Under the pieces are notes generated by a model. It made no database searches. It saw only the letters and a list, made by a program, of their open reading frames with translations, and had not been told where the DNA came from. Of a DNA stretch of 64,000 bases, positions 26,471 through 33,848 are shown piece after piece; within the stretch, counting starts at the first letter, position 1; each line of letters opens with the position of its first letter. The DNA lies in assembly GCA_020355185.1 (NCBI GenBank), contig CP070662.1:350357-414356 (forward strand), written 5' to 3'. Position numbers and translations under genes: made by a program. Source of the stretch: an archaeon (GTDB lineage: Archaea > Aenigmatarchaeota > Aenigmatarchaeia > PWEA01 > JAGHBM01).

Positions 26471-26601
26471 CTTAATCTGTGAGAAATCCTGTGAACGTAG
26501 GTTCTTCGTGAGTTCGAACCGGCCGACGCGCACGAGGTGTGCGTCCGTGCGAAGCACGCAAGGCGGAAGACTGCCGAGAAGATCTCATCCCCCGCACCAA
26601 A

Positions 26602-26629
26602 GGCCTTTTCTTTTTTCAAAAAGAAAGGC
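26602..26629 (+). terminator. Hairpin plus T-run downstream of tRNA-Leu
   Basis: GGCCTTTTCTTTTTT CAAAAAGAAAGGC is an imperfect inverted repeat with a pyrimidine/T tract, which is a typical archaeal termination signal. Confidence 0.35.
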
Positions 26630-26714
26630 ACTTGTGGAAAAGAAAAAGAATATAGACAAGTTGTGCGCCCGCACCAAACATGAAAACTGTGTCCGCACCA
26701 CTTTCGGTGAAAAA

Positions 26715-27692
26715 ATGAGAATCAAGATTGAGGAAATCAGGCAGTTATGTGCTGACGTTTGCCTGAAGCTCGGGTTGACTAAAGAGAATGCCGAAATTGT
26801 TGTGGACGAGTATTTATACGGGGAGTTGACGGGCAAAAAATCTCATGGTTTCTCTTCCTTCGTGGGTTTTGCAGTCAAAAAAATAAAAAGCAGGAAGGGA
26901 GACTGGAAGATTGTAAAAGAAGATGAAGCGTATGCACTGATTGACGGGAACGGTAATCTTGGCCAGCTGGTTGGAAAGTTTGCCATGGAATTAGCCGTAA
27001 AAAAAGCCAGGAAAACAGGGATAGCTCTCGTAGGAATGAATGGTATGGAATCCTATCTGATGCCCGGTTATTACGCAAAAATGGCTTCTGACAAGGGTAT
27101 GATAGGATTTGTTATAGATAATGCTAAATCAAGAGTCGCACCCTTTGGTGGAACTGAACCGCGGTTGGGGGCCAACCCAATAGGTCTGGCGATACCAACC
27201 AAAGACGTATCATTTGTTCTTGATATGGCAACATCCATGAGAGCCATGGGTGAAGTGAGGTTATGCAAAAAATTAGGTAAGCTGTTGCCCGGGGGGATGG
27301 CCCTGGACGGTGAGGGAAATCCGACAACAAACCCGGATGAGGTCAAAGCTCTTCGGTCATTCGGAGGTTACAAGGGCTACGGATTGTGTCTGGCCATAGA
27401 AATTCTTGCAGGTTCTTTCATAAGGGCCAAAATGGGGAGCAAAATCCGGAGCGGCCTGGACAGGGGTTACCTTTTTTTGGCCATAAATCCCGAGATTTTT
27501 GTTGACTTGGATACTTTCAAGAAAGAAATTTCTGATTTAATACAAGAAATTAAATCATGCAAAAAGGAAGAAGGAGTGGAAGAGATTTTGATTCCGGGAG
27601 AGATGGCACAAAGGAACATGGAAGAAAACCTGAAGAGGGGTTATCTGGAAATTGATGACAAAATAGTTGGGGAAATTAAAGGACTTTTGTGA
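26715..27692 (+). CDS. Ldh_2-family dehydrogenase (malate / L-sulfolactate dehydrogenase-like)
   Basis: Track ORF 26508..27692, but its first 69 codons run through tRNA-Leu. ATG at 26715 gives MRIKIEEIRQL. Motifs: GELTGKKSHGFSSF, APFGG.EPRLG.NP, GGYKGYGL. Confidence 0.8.
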   Translation: MRIKIEEIRQLCADVCLKLGLTKENAEIVVDEYLYGELTGKKSHGFSSFVGFAVKKIKSRKGDWKIVKEDEAYALIDGNGNLGQLVGKFAMELAVKKARKTGIALVGMNGMESYLMPGYYAKMASDKGMIGFVIDNAKSRVAPFGGTEPRLGANPIGLAIPTKDVSFVLDMATSMRAMGEVRLCKKLGKLLPGGMALDGEGNPTTNPDEVKALRSFGGYKGYGLCLAIEILAGSFIRAKMGSKIRSGLDRGYLFLAINPEIFVDLDTFKKEISDLIQEIKSCKKEEGVEEILIPGEMAQRNMEENLKRGYLEIDDKIVGEIKGLL

Positions 27693-27696
27693 TAAC

Positions 27697-28239
27697 ATGG
27701 ATACAATTGAGTGCATAAAAACAAGGAGGTCCAGAAGGAAGTTTCTGGACAAGAAAGTTACGGATGAAATTCTGGAAAAGATATTGGATTCTGCCCGTTA
27801 CGCACCTTTTGGAGGGCCTCCAATCAAGGATTGCCAGGTATGGGATTTTGTTGTCATAAAGGACAAAGAAACAATTAAGGAACTGGTTTTGGGGTATGAG
27901 GACAGGGACTTTTTACTGAAGGTACCGGTTGTTATAGCCTGCTGTGCGGACAAAACAAAAGACCAGGACTACAAGGAATGGACCATAACAACAAGCCTTG
28001 CCATTGAAAACATCCTTTTGGCAGCAAATTCTTTGGGTCTGGGGGCCTGCTTTTTGACGACCTTCACCAAACATGAAGAGCACAGTGAAGACAGAGAAAA
28101 AATGATAAAAATCTTGGGGCTTCCGGATAATATAGAGTTAATAGGGATGATTGCTTTGGGTTATACAGACCCTTCAGAGATTTTGGAGAATAAGGAACTT
28201 AGGGACCTTGAGGAGATGACTCATTATGACAGGTGGTAA
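27697..28239 (+). CDS. Nitroreductase-family protein
   Basis: ATG 5 nt after the upstream stop. CIKTRRSRRKF and ...LAAANSLGLGACF... Confidence 0.8.
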   Translation: MDTIECIKTRRSRRKFLDKKVTDEILEKILDSARYAPFGGPPIKDCQVWDFVVIKDKETIKELVLGYEDRDFLLKVPVVIACCADKTKDQDYKEWTITTSLAIENILLAANSLGLGACFLTTFTKHEEHSEDREKMIKILGLPDNIELIGMIALGYTDPSEILENKELRDLEEMTHYDRW

Positions 28240-28786
28240 CAAAGTAGTTGCGGTTGTGGGCATGCCGGGTTGCGGCAAGAGCGAGGTCGTGCGGTGCTTC
28301 GAGGAGGCAGGTTTCTCCAGGGTTTATTTCGGTGACGTGGTTTTTGACAGAATGAAGGAGGAAGGCCTGGAGATAAACGAAAGGAACGAGCAGATGACCC
28401 GTGAGAAGCTGCGGGCCGAGCACGGGATGGGAGTTGTTGCGAAGCGAAGCCTTCCCAAAATTGAGTCTTTTCTGGAAAAGGGCAACGTGGTGGTGGAGAG
28501 CATGTATTCCTGGGAGGAATATCTGATTCTTAAAGAGAAATATGGCGAGAGCTTCAAGGTTGTTGCCGTTTATTCCTCGCCCGGAACCAGGTACGAAAGG
28601 CTTGGCACGCGGAATGTGAGGCCTCTCAATCCGGATGATGCCAGAAGTCGTGACTATACCCAGCTTGCCAACATAAACACCGGGGGTCCCATAGTCATGG
28701 CCGACTTTACCCTGGTCAACGAGGGTTCACTTGAAGAACTGCGGGAACGGACAAAAGCTTTTATTAAGACCATGACTACAGAATAG
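28226..28786 (+). CDS. P-loop nucleotide kinase, UPF0200 / dephospho-CoA-kinase-like
   Basis: VVAVVGMPGCGKSEV P-loop, with the archaeal UPF0200-like layout (...GDVVFDRMKEEGLE...EKLRAEHGMGVVAK...). Confidence 0.7.
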   Translation: MTGGNKVVAVVGMPGCGKSEVVRCFEEAGFSRVYFGDVVFDRMKEEGLEINERNEQMTREKLRAEHGMGVVAKRSLPKIESFLEKGNVVVESMYSWEEYLILKEKYGESFKVVAVYSSPGTRYERLGTRNVRPLNPDDARSRDYTQLANINTGGPIVMADFTLVNEGSLEELRERTKAFIKTMTTE

Positions 28787-28787
28787 T

Positions 28788-29885
28788 ATGCACGTTTCTC
28801 ACCAGCAATGCTTTCACTGCAAGAAGGAATATGCCGCCTCCCGGACTCTTTTCTGGTGCCCTGATTGCGGCGGTTCACTTGCGGTTCATTACAAAATAGG
28901 GGAAATAAGGGAGAAACTGGACAGAAAGTTCCGGAAGGCGAAGCCTTCCCACTGGAAGTACTGGATGTTTTATCCGATACCGAAGAGAAAAATCGTGACC
29001 ATGGGTGAGGGGGGAACCCCGATTGTAAAGGACAGGAAAAAGGATGACTGGTTCTTCAAGATAGAGGGGGAGAATCCCACCGGCAGCTTCAAGGACAGGG
29101 GTTCCACGGTCGAGATATCCCATGCGCGTCATCTTGGTGTGAAGAGAGTTGTTTGCGCCTCAACCGGGAACATGGGCGCCTCCGTTTCCGCTTATTCAGC
29201 AAGAGCAGGAATAAAGACCACAATATACGTTCCAAGGGGGTCCACCATAATAAAGAAGGAGCAGATAAAGGATTACGGTGCAAGGATAGTCAGGGTAAAC
29301 GGGGATTACACGGATGCCCTGGAAAAGACACAGAAACTGTGGGAAAAGAGAGGAATTTACTTGACCGGGGATTACTTGTACAGGCAGGAGGGGCAGAAAT
29401 CTGTCATATTTGAGGCAATAGACCAGATGGGTTGCACGCCCAAGTACGTTGTCCTTCCGGTGGGCATGGGAAACCTGTGCTATGCGACGTACAAGGGACT
29501 CAGGGAAATGAAAATGGTCGGTCTCATAAACAGGATGCCCAGGATCGTAGCAGTGCAATCTTATCACTGTTCAACCGTTGCCGAGGCTTTTCTTAAAGGT
29601 GGGCGTATACCGGAAGTGGACGATCCGGAAACCATAGCCTCCGCAATCTGCTGCGGAAGGCCGAACTACGGGGAGGAAGCCCTTCATGCACTCAGGGACA
29701 CGAGAGGCAAGGCAGCAACCGTGACCGACAAGGAGATTCTGGAGGCCAGGGACGAGCTGGCAGAGCAGGGAATTTTCGCGGAGGCATCTGGCGCGGCCAG
29801 TTACGCCGGGGCAAAAAAACTTAGGTTAAGGGGGAAGGTTCTGATGGTGGTGACCGGCCACGGACTGAAGGACGTTATAACTTGA
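28788..29885 (+). CDS. thrC: Threonine synthase
   Basis: N-terminal Cys4 ribbon (CFHCKK...CPDCGG), PLP-lysine block NPTGSFKDRG, and GNMGAS. Confidence 0.9.
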   Translation: MHVSHQQCFHCKKEYAASRTLFWCPDCGGSLAVHYKIGEIREKLDRKFRKAKPSHWKYWMFYPIPKRKIVTMGEGGTPIVKDRKKDDWFFKIEGENPTGSFKDRGSTVEISHARHLGVKRVVCASTGNMGASVSAYSARAGIKTTIYVPRGSTIIKKEQIKDYGARIVRVNGDYTDALEKTQKLWEKRGIYLTGDYLYRQEGQKSVIFEAIDQMGCTPKYVVLPVGMGNLCYATYKGLREMKMVGLINRMPRIVAVQSYHCSTVAEAFLKGGRIPEVDDPETIASAICCGRPNYGEEALHALRDTRGKAATVTDKEILEARDELAEQGIFAEASGAASYAGAKKLRLRGKVLMVVTGHGLKDVIT

Positions 29886-29918
29886 AAACATTTTAAATAA
29901 GCTTTACAAAATTAAATC

Positions 29919-30902
29919 ATGGATTTGAAGAAGCAGATAAAGGAGCAGAGCAGAAAACTGGAAAAACTGAAAAATGAAATCCAGAAAGGTATAATAGGCC
30001 AGGAATACGAAATAGATTCTGTCATAAAATGTCTGATGTGCAACGGTCACGTTCTTCTGGAGGGGGTTCCCGGCCTGGCAAAAACCCTCCTGGTAATGCT
30101 TCTCGCAAGGGCGGTTTCCGGCACGGTTTTTAAGAGAATACAGTTTACCCCAGATCTCCTTCCCTCTGACATAACAGGCACCACCATGTACCTAGAGGAA
30201 AAGGGAACTTTCACCGCGCAGAAAGGACCGATATTCGCGAACTTCGTTCTCGCGGACGAGATAAACAGGACAACCCCCAAGGTCCAGAGTGCCATGCTCC
30301 AGGCCATGCAGGAAAGACAGGTAACCATAGGCAAGGAAACCTTTGACCTGCCGAAACCCTTCATAGTTCTGGCAACAGAGAACCCGCTTGAGCAGGCAGG
30401 CACTTATCCTCTGGCCGTGGCCCAGACGGACCGTTTTTTGTTTAAGGTTTTCGTTAATTATCCCAGCGAGGACGAAGAGCTCAGGATTATAGATATCAAT
30501 TCCGTTGTAAAGGATCTGGAGGAATACAAGATAAAAGAGGTCATGGGGCCCCAGGACATAGAAGCGGTCCAGAACATAGTGAAAAAGATAAAGATAACGG
30601 AAAACGTGAAGGAATACATCCTCAACATAGTTGAGTCCACGAGGGTTCCGGAAAAATATGGGCTGGAGTTTCACAAGCTGATAGATTACGGCGGAAGCCC
30701 CAGGGCCACAATTTATCTGGCACTGGCAGGAAAGGCCAATGCAATGATGGAAGGCAGGGATTACGTGACACCTGACGACGTAAGGAAGATTGCGCCGAAT
30801 GTCCTCAGGCACAGAATCATCCTGAATTATGAGGGTAAGGCAAGAAACATATCCACAGATGAAATAATCAAGGACATAATAGAGAAGGTTCCGGTGATTT
30901 AG
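29919..30902 (+). CDS. MoxR-family AAA+ ATPase, copy 1
   Basis: GHVLLEGVPGLAKT Walker A, LADEINRTTPKVQSAMLQAMQE Walker B/sensor, GGSPRATI. Confidence 0.9.
   Translation: MDLKKQIKEQSRKLEKLKNEIQKGIIGQEYEIDSVIKCLMCNGHVLLEGVPGLAKTLLVMLLARAVSGTVFKRIQFTPDLLPSDITGTTMYLEEKGTFTAQKGPIFANFVLADEINRTTPKVQSAMLQAMQERQVTIGKETFDLPKPFIVLATENPLEQAGTYPLAVAQTDRFLFKVFVNYPSEDEELRIIDINSVVKDLEEYKIKEVMGPQDIEAVQNIVKKIKITENVKEYILNIVESTRVPEKYGLEFHKLIDYGGSPRATIYLALAGKANAMMEGRDYVTPDDVRKIAPNVLRHRIILNYEGKARNISTDEIIKDIIEKVPVI
30134..30169 (+). repeat. 36-nt stretch identical between the two MoxR copies (other copy at 31121-31156)
   Basis: GAGAATACAGTTTACCCCAGATCTCCTTCCCTCTGA occurs in both genes. A second identical patch of 39 nt lies at 30279-30317 and 31263-31301. 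Confidence 0.85.
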
Positions 30903-31886
30903 TTGGAAAACCTGAAGAAAATGGTGGGCATTTACAGCAAAAAGGTGAATGAAATAAAGGCCCAGATAAAGAAGTGCGTCTTCGGTCAGGATGAGGCAAT
31001 TTCCTCTGTCATAAAATGCCTGATGTGCAACGGTCATGCTCTTCTTGAGGGCGTCCCGGGGACGGCCAAGACCCTGACCATACTGGTGCTTTACAGAACG
31101 ATCAAGGATGCGGTCTACCAGAGAATACAGTTTACCCCAGATCTCCTTCCCTCTGATATAGTGGGAACCCTTATTTACAGAAAAGGCAAGGGATTCGAGG
31201 TGCAGAAAGGTCCTGTTTTCGGGAACATAATCGTGGCCGACGAGATAAACAGGGCCCCCTCAAAGGTCCAGAGTGCCATGCTCCAGGCCATGCAGGAAAG
31301 AGAGGTATCCATAGGAAGGGAGACTCATCCCCTGCCGAAGCCTTTCATGGTGCTTGCAACCCAGAACCCGCTTGAGACCAAGGGCGTTTATCCGCTTCCC
31401 GAGGCCCAGATAGACCGTTTTCTTTTTAAGATAAACGTTGGTTACCCCGACAGGGAAAGCGAGAAAAGGGTCGTTGAGCAGAACAATGAAGTCATGTCCA
31501 TGGAGGAATACGACATAAAAGGGGTGGTTTCAAAAAAGGACATACTGGACATCCAGAAACTCGTGCCTCAGGTAAAATGCTCACAGGAAATCAAAAGATA
31601 CGTGGTGAAGCTGGTCTTTGCCACAAGATACCCGGACAAATACGGCCTGGAGTTCGGAAAGTACGTAAAGTGGGGCGCCTCACCGCGGGCATCAATATTC
31701 CTTACCCTGGCAGGAAAGGCCAATGCAATGATGGAAGGCAGGGACTACGTGACCCCGGATGACATAAGAAGAATATCACACAACGTTCTGCGTCACAGGA
31801 TGATTCTGAATTACGAGGGAAAGGCAGAGGGAATAAAAAAGGATGACGTGGTTAACGAGGTTATAGAGAAGGTCCCGGTGGTCTAG
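30903..31886 (+). CDS. MoxR-family AAA+ ATPase, copy 2 (tandem paralog)
   Basis: TTG start directly after the TAG of copy 1. GHALLEGVPGTAKT and VADEINRAPSKVQSAMLQAMQE. Also 327 aa. Confidence 0.9.
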   Translation: MENLKKMVGIYSKKVNEIKAQIKKCVFGQDEAISSVIKCLMCNGHALLEGVPGTAKTLTILVLYRTIKDAVYQRIQFTPDLLPSDIVGTLIYRKGKGFEVQKGPVFGNIIVADEINRAPSKVQSAMLQAMQEREVSIGRETHPLPKPFMVLATQNPLETKGVYPLPEAQIDRFLFKINVGYPDRESEKRVVEQNNEVMSMEEYDIKGVVSKKDILDIQKLVPQVKCSQEIKRYVVKLVFATRYPDKYGLEFGKYVKWGASPRASIFLTLAGKANAMMEGRDYVTPDDIRRISHNVLRHRMILNYEGKAEGIKKDDVVNEVIEKVPVV

Positions 31887-32837
31887 TTGGAAAGCCACGA
31901 GGAAAAATTAAAAAAGGTTATGGAAGGCTTGAAGAAAGGTGCGAAAGAAGCCACTTCCATAATGGACATGAAAGAACTGATGTATGAAGTGGACTCCAAG
32001 GTAAAGAGGCTCAGCGACGTATTCTCTTTCCTCCTTACGTACCAGATACTTTTCAGGGGTACGGGTCTGGAATTCGCTCAACTGAAGGAGTACGTGCCGG
32101 GCGAGGATGATGCCACTAGGATAGACTGGAAGGCAAGCCTCAGGACAGGAAAGGTTTTCATAAAACAATACGAGGAAGAGAGGGACCTGGACATAATCGT
32201 GCTTCTGGATGTTTCTTCTTCCATGGAATTCGGAACCCAGAACAGGATAAAAAGGGAATTCGCGGGTATAATTGCCGGATCTATAATAAGTGCAGGCATA
32301 CAGATAGGCGATAATGTTGGGTTTTGCATGTATTCCGAGGAGGTAAAAAAATTTCTGGAGCCGTCTAACGACGAAACACAGTACTACAGAAGTCTTGAAC
32401 TGATAGTTGACAAGAGAAATTACGGAGGCAAGGCCGACCTGGATAAGGCCCTGAGATTCATTCTAAACAACGTGAAGGAAAACACCATACTTTTTCTGAT
32501 CTCTGATTTTATAACCCCCGGAAAGGAGTGGGAGGAAAGCCTGAAGATGGTTTCCAACAAACTGAACGACGTAATGGGTATCATGGTCAGGGATCTGAGA
32601 GACGAGTTTTTGCCGGATGGCACGGGCAACTTCAGGTTCAGGGACCCCTATTCCGACAGGAGCATTATAGTAAACCTGGACAAGGCCAAGGAACATTACG
32701 AAAAAATGGCCAGAGAGCAGTACGAATACGTGAAGTCCAATTTCAGAAGAAGCAATGTGGGCTTCGTAAAGGTTTTCACCCACGAGCCTTTCATAAAGGC
32801 CCTGATTCGGGAGCTTACCATCCGGAGGGTCATCTAA
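31887..32837 (+). CDS. DUF58 (vWA-like) protein, MoxR partner
   Basis: TTG start directly after the TAG of MoxR copy 2. ...ATRIDWKASLRTGKVFIKQYEEERDLDIIVLLDVSSSM... Confidence 0.8.
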   Translation: MESHEEKLKKVMEGLKKGAKEATSIMDMKELMYEVDSKVKRLSDVFSFLLTYQILFRGTGLEFAQLKEYVPGEDDATRIDWKASLRTGKVFIKQYEEERDLDIIVLLDVSSSMEFGTQNRIKREFAGIIAGSIISAGIQIGDNVGFCMYSEEVKKFLEPSNDETQYYRSLELIVDKRNYGGKADLDKALRFILNNVKENTILFLISDFITPGKEWEESLKMVSNKLNDVMGIMVRDLRDEFLPDGTGNFRFRDPYSDRSIIVNLDKAKEHYEKMAREQYEYVKSNFRRSNVGFVKVFTHEPFIKALIRELTIRRVI

Positions 32838-32867
32838 TTTTTTATATAACCGGAACTTAATTAAATC

Positions 32868-33848
32868 ATGAGAAGAACACCCCTGTTAGTATTCATCCTT
32901 CTCTTGTTGCCTTCCCTTTCCATGGCCCAGAGCAGCATGGAATTGCATGAAGGCGAAATGGATCTGAGGATATCACTGGAAACGGGATATATAAATCCTC
33001 TGGAATCGGAACCGGAGCTGTTTCTTTGCAGGCAGGAATGCAGGCATCTGGAAATAAGTTCTTTCAGCTACTCCGCGGGCAGCATGGATTTCTTTGTCCT
33101 GCCCGAGGTGTCCGGAGATTATAACCTGAAGATTTTTATGACGGTCAACGGGGAGGAAGTTGTTTATGAAAAGGAAATAAGCATTTCCAGAGAATACACA
33201 AAAAGCGAGACCCAAGAAAAGAACCAGGACGTGACGGCCAATATAATGAGAAATGCAGCCAGCCCCGTAGTTGGTCTGGGTTTACTGGCTTCCGTATTAC
33301 TCCTTTTTCTTTTCAAAACGGAGGGGTTTGGCCTCAAAAAAAGTCTTTTGCCCATGCCTAAGAATGGATTAAAGATTCTGACAGTCTTTCTCGTTTCTTT
33401 CCTGTTTCTGTCCTCGTTCACCCACGAGTTGTTCCACATATTCCTGGCCGGCATGTTCAGCTGTCCGGCTGTCCTGGAATCCTTTATACCGGTGTTCACC
33501 CCGACTTCAGTTTCACTTCAGGCCTGCCGGATAACATCGGTGCAGAGCATCCTGATTCTGGCCGCGGGTGTCGTGGGAAACTTGGTCTTGGGCGGAATTT
33601 TCTGCATTCTGGCCAGGCTGAAGAAAAAGAGTTTTTTGTCCGTAATTTCCCTGGCCCTCTTTTCATCGTCCTTTTTGTACCTTTTTTACACCACCGGCGA
33701 CATTCACAGTATAATGAGCATACTTAATATAGGCATAAGCCAGATTTATCTTGACGCGACCGGGATAGCTCTAATTCTGGTCACCTTTATTGTTTTTCTG
33801 AGAACTCAGAACAGGGGCACGTATCCCAGGTACCAGAGGAATATGTAA
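32868..33848 (+). CDS. Polytopic membrane protein with signal peptide and HExxH in a TM helix (putative intramembrane metalloprotease)
   Basis: Signal peptide LLVFILLLLPSLSMAQS, an extracytoplasmic domain of about 120 aa, then 5-6 TM helices with FTHELFHIFLAG and AAGVVGNLVLGG. Confidence 0.5.
   Translation: MRRTPLLVFILLLLPSLSMAQSSMELHEGEMDLRISLETGYINPLESEPELFLCRQECRHLEISSFSYSAGSMDFFVLPEVSGDYNLKIFMTVNGEEVVYEKEISISREYTKSETQEKNQDVTANIMRNAASPVVGLGLLASVLLLFLFKTEGFGLKKSLLPMPKNGLKILTVFLVSFLFLSSFTHELFHIFLAGMFSCPAVLESFIPVFTPTSVSLQACRITSVQSILILAAGVVGNLVLGGIFCILARLKKKSFLSVISLALFSSSFLYLFYTTGDIHSIMSILNIGISQIYLDATGIALILVTFIVFLRTQNRGTYPRYQRNM

Larger units (their letters stand above)
26340..26599 (+). tRNA. 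tRNA-Leu(UAA), class II, four putative interruptions, CCA encoded
   Basis: Acceptor GCGGGGG (26340-46) / CCCCCGC (26589-95). D arm CCC-AAG|AAUGGCCAAA|GGG. Anticodon arm CAGGA (26429-33) - CUUAAG|A - UCCUG (26487-91) with anticodon at 26436-38. Variable arm U-GAAC-GUAG-GUUC-UUC. T stem GUGAG (26508-12) / CUCAU (26584-88). T loop UUCGAA|U. Interruptions: 26355-401 (47 nt), 26412-24 (13 nt), 26440-85 (46 nt), 26519-82 (64 nt). The mature length would be 87 nt + CCA. Confidence 0.75.

Noticed and set aside
26508-26714. 69-codon N-terminal extension of the Ldh_2-family ORF
   Set aside because: It runs through the T arm, T-loop insert and acceptor of tRNA-Leu and the downstream spacer. The family-conserved sequence begins at the ATG at 26715.
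30192-31037. 281-aa minus-strand ORF across the MoxR copy 1 / copy 2 junction
   Set aside because: It is antisense to two well-supported AAA+ genes and has no motifs.
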